A DNA stretch of 64,000 bases from an uncultured Sphaerobacteraceae bacterium (GCA_964610045.1 CAZSUN010000002.1:40925-104924), one strand, 5' to 3'. Shown: positions 19,053 to 29,527, numbered from the stretch's first letter. Translations and numbers: made by a program. The notes: a model not told the origin generated them from the letters alone.

Positions 19053-20042
19053 TCAAACCTTGTCAGGCACGGACTGCCCAAGCAACCCGGACGGCCGAAA
19101 CACCAGGACGAGGATGAGGATGCTGAAGATGACCGAGTTCGTCCATTGGCTCCCCCACCCGCTGAAGAACGTTCCCATGAATCCGTCGCTGAAGGACCAG
19201 ATCAAGCCGATCAGGAATCCCCCGACCACGGCTCCCGCGAGGTTCCCGATTCCACCGAGCACTGCCGCCGTGAATGCGAACAGACCGTAGCGGAAGCCGA
19301 GGCTGAACCGTCCGGCATTGTTGTAGAACAGCACGATCATGCCCGCGGCGCCGGCGAGACCGCCGCCAAGCAGGAAAGCCACCCCGATGGTGCGGTTGAT
19401 ATCGATGCCCATGAGCGCTGCCGCTTCCCGATCCTGCGAGGTGGCGCGCATGGCGGTACCGATCCGGGTGCGATACACGAACCAGGAAAGGAATACGAGG
19501 AGCGGAATGGTGACGCCAATCACGAACAGGTCGATCAGGCGGAGCCGGAGCGTCGAATCCGCGAACCAGTCATTCAGGATCGGCCATTCCTTGAGGACAT
19601 TGTAGGTGCGCACCTCGCGTGGAATGAGCTCAGGCGCTGCGAAGGTATTCGATCCTCTCCAGTAAATGGCAATGTTTTGCAGGATGAAGCTCACGCCGAT
19701 CGCTGCAATCAGCGGCGCCAGTTTCGGCGCGTTCCGCAGCTTTCTGTAGCACAGCTTGTCGATGCCGGCGTTGAGCAGTCCGGAGAATGCGATCGAGGCG
19801 AGCAGAGTACCGAGCAGGACGATGACGATCAGCCACCCAGACGACTCGCTGTCCACGCCGGATGCCATCACCACCGTGGCAGCGAAAAACGCCCCCATCA
19901 TGAAGACTTCGCCATGAGCGAAGTTGATGAGTTCGATGATGCCGTAGACCAACGTATAGCCAAGCGCAATCAGGGCAACCAGCGATCCCGTCGCCAGTCC
20001 GATAATGACGTACTGAAAAAACTGGGTCCACTCAAAATCCAT
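19053..20042 (-). CDS. livH: branched-chain amino acid ABC transporter permease (LivH-type)
   Basis: 329-aa polytopic ORF with LivH-like blocks (INFAHGEVFMMGAF, AMRATSQDREAAALMGI). Confidence 0.85.
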   Translation of the reverse strand: MDFEWTQFFQYVIIGLATGSLVALIALGYTLVYGIIELINFAHGEVFMMGAFFAATVVMASGVDSESSGWLIVIVLLGTLLASIAFSGLLNAGIDKLCYRKLRNAPKLAPLIAAIGVSFILQNIAIYWRGSNTFAAPELIPREVRTYNVLKEWPILNDWFADSTLRLRLIDLFVIGVTIPLLVFLSWFVYRTRIGTAMRATSQDREAAALMGIDINRTIGVAFLLGGGLAGAAGMIVLFYNNAGRFSLGFRYGLFAFTAAVLGGIGNLAGAVVGGFLIGLIWSFSDGFMGTFFSGWGSQWTNSVIFSILILVLVFRPSGLLGQSVPDKV

Positions 20043-20120
20043 GGCATCCCACCGGAAGACGTTGGCCGTTCAACGACCCCACTGCTACACGGCCAGGCCC
20101 CCGCCCAGGTTCGGGAACGC

Positions 20121-20153
20121 GAACCGGACCAGGCGTAACGCCTGGCCCGGTTC
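20121..20153 (-). promoter_or_regulatory. intercistronic stem-loop just downstream of the binding-protein gene
   Basis: 15-nt arms GAACCGGACCAGGCG / CGCCTGGCCCGGTTC with one mismatch and a 3-nt loop. Starts 11 nt after the binding-protein stop and precedes livH. Confidence 0.45.
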
Positions 20154-20163
20154 CGTGACGTCG

Positions 20164-21519
20164 CTATTCTGCGAGTCCGATGAGTTCCTGGAACGTAATG
20201 ACGCCGTCCGTCACGATGTTGAGGGAGATCGTGTCGGCGGTCGTGTCGCCCGTTTCGGTGAAGCTCCACTCACCCACCAGGCCGCGGAAGCCTTCGGTAT
20301 GGAACATGGCGTCCAGGATCTTGGCGCGGTCGGCTTCGCCAACCTTGTCGATCGCCTGGAGCACCACCACCGCGCACTCGAACGAGTAGATCGAGTAGGC
20401 ATCCGGTTCACGACCACCAATCTGCGGCGAGAACTGCTCGCGCCAGGTGGCGCCGATCCCTTCGAGCGCAGCGCCCGGGAGGCCGCCGAACGTGATGTAC
20501 ATACCTTCAGCCGCACCACCGGCGCCATCGACGAAGTCCTGGTTGACCAGGCCGTCCGGGCCAAGGATGACGACATCCTCCGGGCTCATCAGGTCGCGGA
20601 GGTCTTGGACCAGCTTGCTCGCGTTCAGGTTCACGATGGCGCTGATGTAGATCAACTCAGGCGCTTCATTGGCGATCTTGTTGGAAAGTGCCTGGAAGTC
20701 ATCCGAAGCGGCATCAAAGGCCTCGAATCCCTTGACCTCGCCGCCGAACCCTTCGTACACGGCCTGGAAGATGGTCGCGAGACCTTGCCCGTAGGCCTGG
20801 TTGTCATGGAGGATGTAGACACTCTGAGCGCCGAGGGTGTTGTACACCCAGTTGGCTGAGGCGCCACCCTGGAGGTCATCCGCCGGGACCACCCGCATGT
20901 AGTTGCGGATGCCGGTTGGGTAGAGAACATCCGGGTAGCCTTCCGGATTGAACTCGTTTTCCTTGGTCAGGCGAACGCCGGTATTGGCCGGCGAGATCAT
21001 CGCGAGCCCACCCTCGTTGGTGATGGGGATCGATGCTTCCGCGGCGCCGGTGTTGAACGTCGCGATGTAGGCCATCGCCTCAGGATCGTTCACCACCTGG
21101 GTCGCGTTGTTCGCCTCAACCGTGGCATCCCACGCGCCATTGTTGGTCGAAATCCCGTCATCCATGGCGGTGTAGGTGATCGAGTAGCCGCCGGCGGCCC
21201 CACCCCAGAGTTCGAGCGCGAAGTTGACGGCCGCCGCGCCGTCGCCACCGATCTGTTCCGAGGAGCCCGTCATCGGCCAGGAGGAGTAGATATTGATGTT
21301 GCCCTTGCTGGTGTCGGAGATGTGCTCGATGCCTGGCACGCCGAGCGTTTCCGGGCCAAGCTCACCGCTGGCGTCCTGAGCGGCAACCGGGCCAGCAAGG
21401 ACGGAACCAGCCACAGTGGCGGAAACCCCGAGCGCGAACGACCGGACCATGAACGTGCGCCGGTCAATGGCGCCGCTCTGCAGTTTTTCGACGAGTGACG
21501 TGAAGCGCGGATCAGTCAT
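20164..21519 (-). CDS. ABC transporter substrate-binding protein (Liv/Peripla_BP_6-type) with twin-arginine signal
   Basis: Start trimmed to the ATG at 21519, which has GGAGGA 7 nt upstream. Tat-like signal IDRRTFMVRSFALGVSATVAGSVLAGPVAAQD. Lies upstream of livHMGF. Confidence 0.8.
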   Translation of the reverse strand: MTDPRFTSLVEKLQSGAIDRRTFMVRSFALGVSATVAGSVLAGPVAAQDASGELGPETLGVPGIEHISDTSKGNINIYSSWPMTGSSEQIGGDGAAAVNFALELWGGAAGGYSITYTAMDDGISTNNGAWDATVEANNATQVVNDPEAMAYIATFNTGAAEASIPITNEGGLAMISPANTGVRLTKENEFNPEGYPDVLYPTGIRNYMRVVPADDLQGGASANWVYNTLGAQSVYILHDNQAYGQGLATIFQAVYEGFGGEVKGFEAFDAASDDFQALSNKIANEAPELIYISAIVNLNASKLVQDLRDLMSPEDVVILGPDGLVNQDFVDGAGGAAEGMYITFGGLPGAALEGIGATWREQFSPQIGGREPDAYSIYSFECAVVVLQAIDKVGEADRAKILDAMFHTEGFRGLVGEWSFTETGDTTADTISLNIVTDGVITFQELIGLAE

Positions 21520-21752
21520 GCCGAGGATTCCTCCATCTTGCGGTCTGCGACGACCGTTTCTCCAGCCGGAACGCCAGGGACCATCCCTTGCGTTCGTACT
21601 GCCCCGATTGAGCGCCTTGCGGCCAATGGATACCCCGAAACGGGCAATACCCGGTCCGGTACGTGCTCCGAAATGTGCTGTGCTGGTCATCAGCCCGTTG
21701 CCGACAGCACCGGCGACTTTGCATGCATGCGCGCATCTGGTAATAACAGCGG

Positions 21753-21782
21753 AGAATAGTCGGACGCTCGCGGGCATGTCAA
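21753..21782 (-). promoter_or_regulatory. sigma70-like promoter candidate for the Liv operon
   Basis: On the minus strand: TTGACA, 18 nt, TATTCT. This would give a leader of about 225 nt before the ATG at 21519. Confidence 0.35.
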
Positions 21783-21918
21783 ATCGCGGCATGCCTTGCC
21801 GGTACCATAGCCCATCCCGATCGTTGCGTTCAGGGTCTTTTGTCCAGTACTTTCGGGCTGGCGGATCCAGACGGTTTCACGTATTTGTCGCTTTTGCACA
21901 GACGCACTGTCCCGCGTC

Positions 21919-23142
21919 ATGGTGACTGAGCACATGATCGAGCCCAACCTCAAAACCGGTCACGACCTGCCGGCCACCGCCCCCGTGGTGATCGTCGGCG
22001 CCGGGATCGTTGGGATCGCCACCGCCTGGTTCCTCGCCCGGCGCGGGATCACCGCCCTGTTGGTCGACGCCGCGGATGGCATTGCCATGCGCACCACTGC
22101 CATGTCGGCGCATTGCATCCGGGCCCAATTCAGCGAGCCTGACTCGATTGCGATGATGTCTGAAAGCCTCGGCTTCTACGAGCGATTCGCCGAGTTGCTG
22201 CAGCTGCCGCAGGGCGCGTCGCCAATCGGGCTCGTGCAGCATGGCTATCTCTTCGCTTCGACCGATCCTTCCGATGAGGACGACTTCGCCGTGCGCGTTC
22301 AGTTCCAGCACGCACATGGCCTCAATGATGTCACCTTGCTGCGAGGTGATGAAGTCCGGCATCGTTACCCGTGGTTGTCTCCGGAAATCGCCGTTGCCAC
22401 CTATCGCGAACGAGACGGCTGGATCGACAGTGCCCGCGCCGTCAACCTGATGGCAGCCGCGGCCGGATGCCCGGTTCATCTCGGGGTGGAGGTGCGTCGG
22501 ATACACGTCGAGCGGGATGCGGTCCGGGCGATCGAGACGTCACACGGGACGATTGCCACGAACACGGTCATTCTCGCTGCGGGTCCCTACTCCGGAGTGA
22601 TCTCCCCGGTTCCGCTTCCGCTTTCGCCGGTGCGGCGTCACCGCCTGATCGTGCGTCCACAGCGCGAGATCCCGCAATCGGGACCAGTAACGATCGATGC
22701 GAATACAGGCGCGCACTGGCGACCCCATGCCGGTGGCGCGCTGATGGCCTGGGCCCAACCGGAAAATCCGGGTCCGCCGGTCTGGCCGGTGCCCACCGAT
22801 CCCGGGTTCGTCGATCTCGTCCTTCGCGGGAAGCGAGGGGTCGGCAGACTCGCACCTTTCTGGCATGATCTTTGGCCTGGTTTCACCGAAAACGACCTTT
22901 ACCTCACGGCGGGTCAGTACACCATTACTCCAGACCATCGCCCACTGATCGGAGCCATCGATGACATCGACGGTCTATTCGTCAACACGGGCTACAGCGG
23001 TCATGGCATTATGGGCGCGCCTTCCGGGGCACGGTTGCTCGCCGATATCCTGACCGGATGTCAGGAAGACGACCATCCATTCTCGCCTTCACGCCAGTTT
23101 GCAGTCGATACGGATCAACCTGGCGAACGAATGGTCATCTGA
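21919..23142 (+). CDS. FAD-dependent oxidoreductase (DAO / glycine-sarcosine oxidase-like family)
   Basis: N-terminal dinucleotide fold VVIVGAGIVGIATAWFLARRG. 407 aa, a length and layout typical of the DAO family. Substrate unknown. Confidence 0.7.
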   Translation: MVTEHMIEPNLKTGHDLPATAPVVIVGAGIVGIATAWFLARRGITALLVDAADGIAMRTTAMSAHCIRAQFSEPDSIAMMSESLGFYERFAELLQLPQGASPIGLVQHGYLFASTDPSDEDDFAVRVQFQHAHGLNDVTLLRGDEVRHRYPWLSPEIAVATYRERDGWIDSARAVNLMAAAAGCPVHLGVEVRRIHVERDAVRAIETSHGTIATNTVILAAGPYSGVISPVPLPLSPVRRHRLIVRPQREIPQSGPVTIDANTGAHWRPHAGGALMAWAQPENPGPPVWPVPTDPGFVDLVLRGKRGVGRLAPFWHDLWPGFTENDLYLTAGQYTITPDHRPLIGAIDDIDGLFVNTGYSGHGIMGAPSGARLLADILTGCQEDDHPFSPSRQFAVDTDQPGERMVI

Positions 23143-23176
23143 TCGACCACGACCGCCGAGCGATCACATTGCAGGG

Positions 23177-23677
23177 GTGACACCATTGTCCAGGTATGAA
23201 GGGTTTCCCGGTTCCGAACTCTCGCCAGACCAGCAAATCCAGATCGACCGGGAGGCCCTCGCCCCGGCAAGGCAATCACTCCTCGATGCCGGCTATTACG
23301 CCTACGGGATGATGAGCGACGACCATCGCTGGACCATCGCGGTTGATGACGAGATCGGCCGAGCCGATGTCCGGATCGGCGACGATGGACTGGAGATCAC
23401 GCTGACCGCAAGCTCACCGGGGCTCTACGCCGACGAGGAGAGCGACTGGCGGCGCGCTTCCCGCGCCAGGCTGGCGCGTATTTCGCTGCCAAACATCACC
23501 CGTGGCTTCCTTGAACCCAACCAGGCCGCGCATTGGGATGAAGTCGAAGAGGGTGTGACCGTGGTCGAGACGTGGGAACTTCCATTTATCAGGTCTTCCG
23601 ATGTTGGTCCGTTCGTACAGGCAAATTTGCCACGACTTACCGACATCCTGACCCGGATCGAATCCCAACTGGGATAA
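23177..23677 (+). CDS. hypothetical protein (acidic, about 165 aa)
   Basis: ORF with protein-like composition between the oxidoreductase and adenine deaminase. No motif recognised. The start (GTG at 23177, or TTG a few codons later) is uncertain. Confidence 0.35.
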   Translation: MTPLSRYEGFPGSELSPDQQIQIDREALAPARQSLLDAGYYAYGMMSDDHRWTIAVDDEIGRADVRIGDDGLEITLTASSPGLYADEESDWRRASRARLARISLPNITRGFLEPNQAAHWDEVEEGVTVVETWELPFIRSSDVGPFVQANLPRLTDILTRIESQLG

Positions 23678-23701
23678 CCAGCATGACAGGTACGACACTC
23701 G

Positions 23702-25453
23702 ATGGCTGAATCGAACACCTACACGGAAGCTGAGTCCCGATATTTCATGTGGCGATGGCAATGGCGACGCCGGATCGCGATCGCGCAGGGTGTCTACCCG
23801 CCGCACCTGCTGCTGAAGGGGGGACGGGTACTCAACGTCTTTACGGGCGAACTCGTCACTGCCGATGTCGCCATCGATGCGGGCCGGGTCGCCGCCCTCG
23901 GAACGTTCGAGGAAGCCACCACGGTGATCGACATTACCGGATGCGTGGTTGCACCATCGTTCATCGATCCCCATTTCCACCTGGAGAGCACGCTGCTCTG
24001 GCCGCCGGAGATCGCGCGTGTCGTCGTACCCCGGGGCACCGGGATGATCGTGACCGATCCCCATGAAATCGCCAACGTCGCCGGGATGCCGGGCGTCCAG
24101 GCACTGCGCGATGCGTCGTCAGGGCTTCCCCTGGATATCCGGTTCAGCGTTCCATCCTGCGTTCCGGCCAGTCCAATGGAATCACCCGGTGCGACGTTCG
24201 ACCTGGCGGACATCGAGCAGATGCTGGGCTGGCCGGAAACTGTCGCCCTCGGGGAAATGATGAACTACCCCGGTGTGTTGGCTGGAGACATCGACATTGC
24301 TGCGAAGCTCTGGGCAGCGCGGAATATGCCTCGGGATGGCCATGCACCCGGCCTGACCGGTGCTGAACTGCAGTCGTACGCCGGAGCCGGACTCACGTCC
24401 GACCACGAGTCAGTCAACCTTGAGGAGGGCCGGGAAAAGCTGCGGGCCGGCATGATGCTGATGTTGCGCGAAGGCAGTTCTGAAAAGAATCTTCGCGACC
24501 TCCTGCCCCTGGTCAACGACACGACCTGGCCTCGGGTCACGTTCGCTTCGGACGATCGTGATTGCCACGATCTCGTCACCCATGGGCATATGGACGACAT
24601 CCTGCGGATAGCCATCGATGGCGGTCTGGATCCCGTCCGGGCGATCACCATGGCAACCTGGAATCCCGCTCGACAATGGAACCTCGATGGACTCGGCGCA
24701 GTGGCGCCGGGCTACCGCGCAAACCTGGTCGTACTCTCTGATCTGGAGTCGGTTGCGATTCGTCATACGATCCACAACGGGCAACTGGTCGCCACCGACG
24801 GCTCCCTGATCGCGGATGTTGAACGTCGACCGATTCCAGCCTCGATGGGCCAAACGGTCCACATCGCTCCGCTCCGCCTGTCGCACCTGCGGCTGCCCGA
24901 CGAAAACCGAGAACGCGTCGTGGAGGTCGTTCCCGGACAAATCGTTACCCGGCTGACGGAGTTGCCAGCCAGCGCCAACGGATCGCTCCCGGATGTCTCG
25001 GTCGATCGAGACCTGCTGAAACTTGTAAGCGTTGAGCGACATCAGGCGACGGGCCGAGTCGGCGTAGGGCTGGTTCGAGGCTTCGGATTGAAGCGAGGCG
25101 CGCTGGCAAGCACGATCGCGCACGATGCGCACAACATCGTCGCCGTTGGCGCAAGCGACATGGACATCCTCGCCGCCATCGCGACGGTCGCGGAGTCACA
25201 GGGAGGCCTGGCGGTCGTGGCCGATCAGCAGGTACTGGCCCATCTTCCACTCCCTGTGGCTGGGCTCGTCTCGGATGCGCCGGTTGAAGAGGTTGCGCAA
25301 GGGTACGCAGCGGTGGAAGATGCCGCGCGGGAGCTCGGTTGCTCCTTGCCGAGTCCGTTCGGTCAATTGGTCTTCCTGTCGCTCTCCGTCATTCCGGAAG
25401 CGAGGGTGACCGATCGAGGATTCCTCGACCTGCGCGGGACCCAATCGTCCTGA
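23702..25453 (+). CDS. ade: adenine deaminase
   Basis: 583-aa amidohydrolase. LLKGGRVLNVFTGE...ADVAIDAGRVAALG N-terminus and metal site FIDPHFHLEST. Length and C-terminal domain match the adenine deaminase family. Confidence 0.8.
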   Translation: MAESNTYTEAESRYFMWRWQWRRRIAIAQGVYPPHLLLKGGRVLNVFTGELVTADVAIDAGRVAALGTFEEATTVIDITGCVVAPSFIDPHFHLESTLLWPPEIARVVVPRGTGMIVTDPHEIANVAGMPGVQALRDASSGLPLDIRFSVPSCVPASPMESPGATFDLADIEQMLGWPETVALGEMMNYPGVLAGDIDIAAKLWAARNMPRDGHAPGLTGAELQSYAGAGLTSDHESVNLEEGREKLRAGMMLMLREGSSEKNLRDLLPLVNDTTWPRVTFASDDRDCHDLVTHGHMDDILRIAIDGGLDPVRAITMATWNPARQWNLDGLGAVAPGYRANLVVLSDLESVAIRHTIHNGQLVATDGSLIADVERRPIPASMGQTVHIAPLRLSHLRLPDENRERVVEVVPGQIVTRLTELPASANGSLPDVSVDRDLLKLVSVERHQATGRVGVGLVRGFGLKRGALASTIAHDAHNIVAVGASDMDILAAIATVAESQGGLAVVADQQVLAHLPLPVAGLVSDAPVEEVAQGYAAVEDAARELGCSLPSPFGQLVFLSLSVIPEARVTDRGFLDLRGTQSS

Positions 25454-25519
25454 AATCGGTCGATTGCCGTATCGGATCGAACTGTTTCGCGGTTGCACAA
25501 TCGAGGATCGCCGACACTC

Positions 25520-27211
25520 ATGTCATCACTCGCAGAATCCGCCTCGACTCGTTCCACAAGGTGGGGGAGTCGTCGCGATACGCAGGTCCTGGTGATTGGA
25601 GCGGGTATCGCCGGGCTGTCGATGACGCTTCGCCTGCCGCCTTCGCTCAAGGTCGTGGTCGTTACCAAGGGTGCGCTTGGCGAAAGCAATACGTGGTACG
25701 CCCAGGGGGGACTCGCCGCCGCGGTCGGGCTGGACGACGACCCGGACCTTCACTATTCGGACACGATCGCCGCCGGAGCCGGACTCTGCGACGAGACTGC
25801 TGTCCGAACCCTCGTCGAGGGTGGTCCGGAAGCTGTGGACTGGTTGTTGGCGGCGGGTACGCAGTTCGACCGTGACGGCAGCGAACTCGCGCTCGGCAAG
25901 GAAGCAGCACACAGCCGGAACCGGGTCCTGCATGCGGGCGGAGATGCCACCGGGGCGGAAATCGAGCGATCTCTGGTGGCCCGGTTGCGAGCCAGGCCAT
26001 CGGTGACCGTCCTCGAACACACAACTGCGATCGACCTCGTACTCAACCAGGACGGCTCATGCGGCGGGGCAATCGTCCAGATCGATGGGGACAGCACGCC
26101 GGTCCTCATCGCTGCAAGTCATACAGTATTGGCGAATGGCGGTGCAGGACAGCTCTGGGGGGTCACGTCAAACCCACCGGGCGCGACCGGTGACGGCGCT
26201 GCGATGGCGATCCGGGCTGGCGCTACCGTGGCGGACCTCGAATTCACCCAGTTTCACCCGACTGTCCTTTCCATTCCGGGTCAGGTGCCATTCCTGGTGA
26301 CCGAGGCGATTCGCGGAGAAGGTGCCTGGCTGCGTTCGGTGGACGGCGACCGTTTCATGGCCGATATCCATCCGCTCGCGGAATTGGCGCCGCGTGACGT
26401 TGTCGCTCGCGCGATTCAGGAGCAGATATCCCGTCACGACGGGAATCCGGTGTACCTGGATTTACGCCACCTCGATCCGGTGATGGTTGGCCACCGATTT
26501 CCGACGATCATGGCAAGGTTGGCCACGATGGGGCTCGACCTCGCTACCGACCTCATCCCGGTAGCCCCTGCCGCCCACTATTTCGTGGGGGGGATCGTAG
26601 CCGGTACGAGAGGCGAAACCAGTATTCCGGGACTGCACGCGATTGGCGAAGTGAGTTGTACAGGTGTCCACGGCGCGAACCGGCTGGCAAGCAATTCTCT
26701 GCTGGAGGGCCTGGTTTTCGGGCTTCGACTCGGTGACAGGCTGGCTGACGATACCGGACACCCACCGGACCAGTCGTTCGAGCAGAGCTCACCCATTGAC
26801 ACGACACCACCGCCCCGTGAGGACGACATTCGTGCCAGGATCCAGCGTGCCATGAGCGCCGATGTCGCTGTCGTCCGGAGCGCCGACGGGTTGGGTCGCG
26901 CTGCGGCTGTCATCGATGCGGTCGGACAACAGGTTGTGCACGAAACCGAATACGAGCTTCGAAATCTGTACCTGCTTGCCCGGGAAGTTACGGAGTCGGC
27001 AAGTTTTCGCCGTGAGAGCAGGGGAGCGCACTACCGCCTGGACTTTCCGGAGGCCGACCCGTCACTCGACCATTGTCATCAGTTGGCGACCGTAGTCGAG
27101 GATATGTCAATGCGCGGTTATGGGTCCCTCATCGAAGCGCTCAACCATCCTGGTGGTCCGGTCGCCCTGTCGACGGCGCTCGACCGCTCCGACTCATCTG
27201 GATCCGCCTGA
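25520..27211 (+). CDS. nadB: L-aspartate oxidase
   Basis: VLVIGAGIAGLS FAD fold and HGANRLASNSLLEGLVFG signature. Start taken at the ATG at 25520. A TTG at 25493 is an alternative. Confidence 0.85.
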   Translation: MSSLAESASTRSTRWGSRRDTQVLVIGAGIAGLSMTLRLPPSLKVVVVTKGALGESNTWYAQGGLAAAVGLDDDPDLHYSDTIAAGAGLCDETAVRTLVEGGPEAVDWLLAAGTQFDRDGSELALGKEAAHSRNRVLHAGGDATGAEIERSLVARLRARPSVTVLEHTTAIDLVLNQDGSCGGAIVQIDGDSTPVLIAASHTVLANGGAGQLWGVTSNPPGATGDGAAMAIRAGATVADLEFTQFHPTVLSIPGQVPFLVTEAIRGEGAWLRSVDGDRFMADIHPLAELAPRDVVARAIQEQISRHDGNPVYLDLRHLDPVMVGHRFPTIMARLATMGLDLATDLIPVAPAAHYFVGGIVAGTRGETSIPGLHAIGEVSCTGVHGANRLASNSLLEGLVFGLRLGDRLADDTGHPPDQSFEQSSPIDTTPPPREDDIRARIQRAMSADVAVVRSADGLGRAAAVIDAVGQQVVHETEYELRNLYLLAREVTESASFRRESRGAHYRLDFPEADPSLDHCHQLATVVEDMSMRGYGSLIEALNHPGGPVALSTALDRSDSSGSA

Positions 27212-27306
27212 GGCGAGTCGCGCCTGGCCGTCTGGCCAACGAGACCTGGATACCAATGATTTGACGACCCAGCCGAGGAGCTGGAACACAATCTCCCTCA
27301 AGGACA

Positions 27307-28719
27307 GTGTCATCTCCCGCCTGGAGATCGTGTCAGGAGTGCATTTTGCCGCGCTTTGAGTCCTACGACGCTGCCTACGCTGCCATCTGGAACCGGTCCG
27401 GGTGGGACCGCGGCTTCATCAGCAATCCGTTTGCGGGTGACGATGCCGCCCGCCTCGGCCTCGTACGCACCCGCCTCGTCCTCGAGCGACTAGGCGACCC
27501 GGACAGGAAGCTCCCGCTTGTCCATGTCGCCGGCAGCAAGGGCAAGGGGTCGACGACGGCCATGCTGCATGCCATTTACCGCGCCTCCGGCCTCAAGAGC
27601 GGCCGGTTCACCTCCCCGCATCTCCACACCATCCGGGAGAGGTTCGTCGGCGATGAGGCGATGATCGGCCACAAGGATTTTGCCTCAATCGCAAGTGATG
27701 TGTTCGATGCGGTAGAGACGGTCGAAACCGACTATCCGGATGCCGGCCGGCTCACCGCCTGGGAGATCTCGGTGACCATGGCGCTGTTGTGGTTCACCCG
27801 CTGCCAGTGCGACATCGCCGTCATGGAGGTCGGGATGGGCGGCACGCTGGATGCCACCAATGTGATCTCACCAGTCGTGTCGGTTATCACCAGGCTGGAT
27901 TTCGAGCACACCGCAATCCTCGGCAAGACGATGCCGGAAATCGCTGCGAACAAGGCCGGAATCATCAAGCAGGGTATTCCAGTGGTGACGGTCAACCAGC
28001 CGCCGGATGGACTCGCTGTCATCGAACATCGCGCGAGGGCACTCGACGCCCCATTGCTGGTCGCCGGTCGCGACTGGACTGTGGAAGGCAACGATCGCGA
28101 ATTCCAGGTCGACGGGCCGTGGTGGACGTACAACGGGCTCGCACTGGCGTTGCCGGGCAAGCATCAGCTCGAAAATGCTGGACTCGCCATTGCGGCCACC
28201 GAGGCTGTGCGCCGTCACCAGACAACAGCGCCTTTTGCAACGGAGGTCGGTATCCGGGAAGGCCTGCGAACCGCGACGCTGCCAGGGAGATTCGAGGTCG
28301 TGGATCAGGGACGGGGACAGGTCGTCGTCCTCGATGGAGCGCACACCCCGGCGTCGATGGACGCCCTCACCCTGACGGTACGTGATCGATTCGGCGACCG
28401 GCCGATCCATGTTATCGCCGGGATGCTGGCAGGACGCGATCCGGCCGAGGTGCTCGCGCCTCTCGCCTCCATCGCCACCTCGATTGTCGTCACGACATCC
28501 GGCAATCCGCGTTCGATCCCCGCTACGGACCTCGCCGCGGCATTACGAATCGCCACAGCACCCGTCTCGGCCAAAAGCACTGTGGGTGAGGCACTGGCGG
28601 ATGCCTCAGGCCGAGGTGCCCCGCTTGTCGTGGTGACGGGATCATTTGGCGTTGTCGCGGATGCGAGGACCTGTCTTGGTTTGAACCTGAGTCCAGGTGA
28701 TCCGGTGGCGCAGGAGTGA
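27307..28719 (+). CDS. folC: bifunctional folylpolyglutamate synthase / dihydrofolate synthase
   Basis: Mur-ligase-type P-loop HVAGSKGKGSTTAM and FolC-like layout. The GTG start at 27307 is uncertain. Confidence 0.8.
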   Translation: MSSPAWRSCQECILPRFESYDAAYAAIWNRSGWDRGFISNPFAGDDAARLGLVRTRLVLERLGDPDRKLPLVHVAGSKGKGSTTAMLHAIYRASGLKSGRFTSPHLHTIRERFVGDEAMIGHKDFASIASDVFDAVETVETDYPDAGRLTAWEISVTMALLWFTRCQCDIAVMEVGMGGTLDATNVISPVVSVITRLDFEHTAILGKTMPEIAANKAGIIKQGIPVVTVNQPPDGLAVIEHRARALDAPLLVAGRDWTVEGNDREFQVDGPWWTYNGLALALPGKHQLENAGLAIAATEAVRRHQTTAPFATEVGIREGLRTATLPGRFEVVDQGRGQVVVLDGAHTPASMDALTLTVRDRFGDRPIHVIAGMLAGRDPAEVLAPLASIATSIVVTTSGNPRSIPATDLAAALRIATAPVSAKSTVGEALADASGRGAPLVVVTGSFGVVADARTCLGLNLSPGDPVAQE

Positions 28720-28741
28720 CATCCCTTCGATACAGGGGATG
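28720..28741 (+). terminator. short hairpin directly after the folC stop
   Basis: CATCCC-ttcgatacag-GGGATG begins 1 nt after the TGA at 28717-28719. No U-tract, so this is a weak call. Confidence 0.3.
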
Positions 28742-28833
28742 TCTCAAGCACCGCGACCTCTGGAGTATCCTTTGGGCGTTTCAGGGGCGATCGAACTCGT
28801 CCCAACTCCACTCCGCCCAACGAGGCCTTTCGA

Positions 28834-28862
28834 TGAATCCATGCGGCAACAACGAGCGTAAA
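28834..28862 (+). promoter_or_regulatory. ECF-type promoter candidate upstream of the sigma factor gene
   Basis: TGAATCC, 16 nt, CGTAAA, ending about 40 nt upstream of the GTG at 28904. A similar cgaTG(c)ATCC element lies at 30405 upstream of the GT2 gene. Confidence 0.3.
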
Positions 28863-28903
28863 CACCATCAGGCCAGTCAGGCTCCACGACTGCAAGGCCG
28901 CAG

Positions 28904-29527
28904 GTGCTGGGCGTTTTGGCGGTGAGTTCGCTGGAAGTCCGAAGTCCCGACCACACCGTGGCGACCGATGCGGAACTGGCAGCCCAGGTAGCCATTGGAT
29001 CCGCTGATGCGCTTGAAGTCTTGTACTCCCGGTATGGCAGGCTCGTTCTGTCGTTCGCCACGCGCATGCTGGGTGACCGGGAGTCGGGCGAAGAACTCGT
29101 GCAGGAGGTGTTCGTCAGGGTTTGGCGGCAGGCTGGCGCCTTTGCACCGGAGCGGGGCACGTTTGTCACCTGGCTCCTGAGCATCACGCACAATCTCGCG
29201 ATCGATGCGATACGGAAGCGGCAGCGACGCCCGCAGCGGGCTGACTCGGCAGACCCGGTCCTGCTCCTCGATCAAATCGCCGACGGCAGCCCCACGCTGG
29301 AACATCATGCCGAACTGGCGCACCTGCGAGAGATATTGGTTCGTGCGATCGGGCAATTGCCCGACGCCCAACGTCAGGCGATCGAACTCGCCTATTTCCG
29401 GGGCCTGACGCAACGGGAGATCGCCGAGGAGACCGGCGAACCACTCGGTACCGTAAAGACGCGTATGCGACTCGGGATGCATAAGCTCCGGGAATACCTG
29501 GAACGACATGAAGTGGAACTGCCGTGA
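28904..29527 (+). CDS. ECF (sigma-70 family group 4) RNA polymerase sigma factor
   Basis: Region 2 (ELVQEVFVRVWRQAGAF...FVTWLLSITHNLAIDAIRK) and region 4 (LPDAQRQAIELAYFRGLTQREIAEETGEPLGTVKTRMRLG). Confidence 0.88.
   Translation: MLGVLAVSSLEVRSPDHTVATDAELAAQVAIGSADALEVLYSRYGRLVLSFATRMLGDRESGEELVQEVFVRVWRQAGAFAPERGTFVTWLLSITHNLAIDAIRKRQRRPQRADSADPVLLLDQIADGSPTLEHHAELAHLREILVRAIGQLPDAQRQAIELAYFRGLTQREIAEETGEPLGTVKTRMRLGMHKLREYLERHEVELP

Noticed and set aside
21783-21918. Glycine riboswitch upstream of the DAO/glycine-oxidase-like FAD oxidoreductase.
   Set aside because: The conserved cores (GGAGAG ... CACCGAAGGGGCAA) are absent from the 140 nt upstream of the ATG at 21919.
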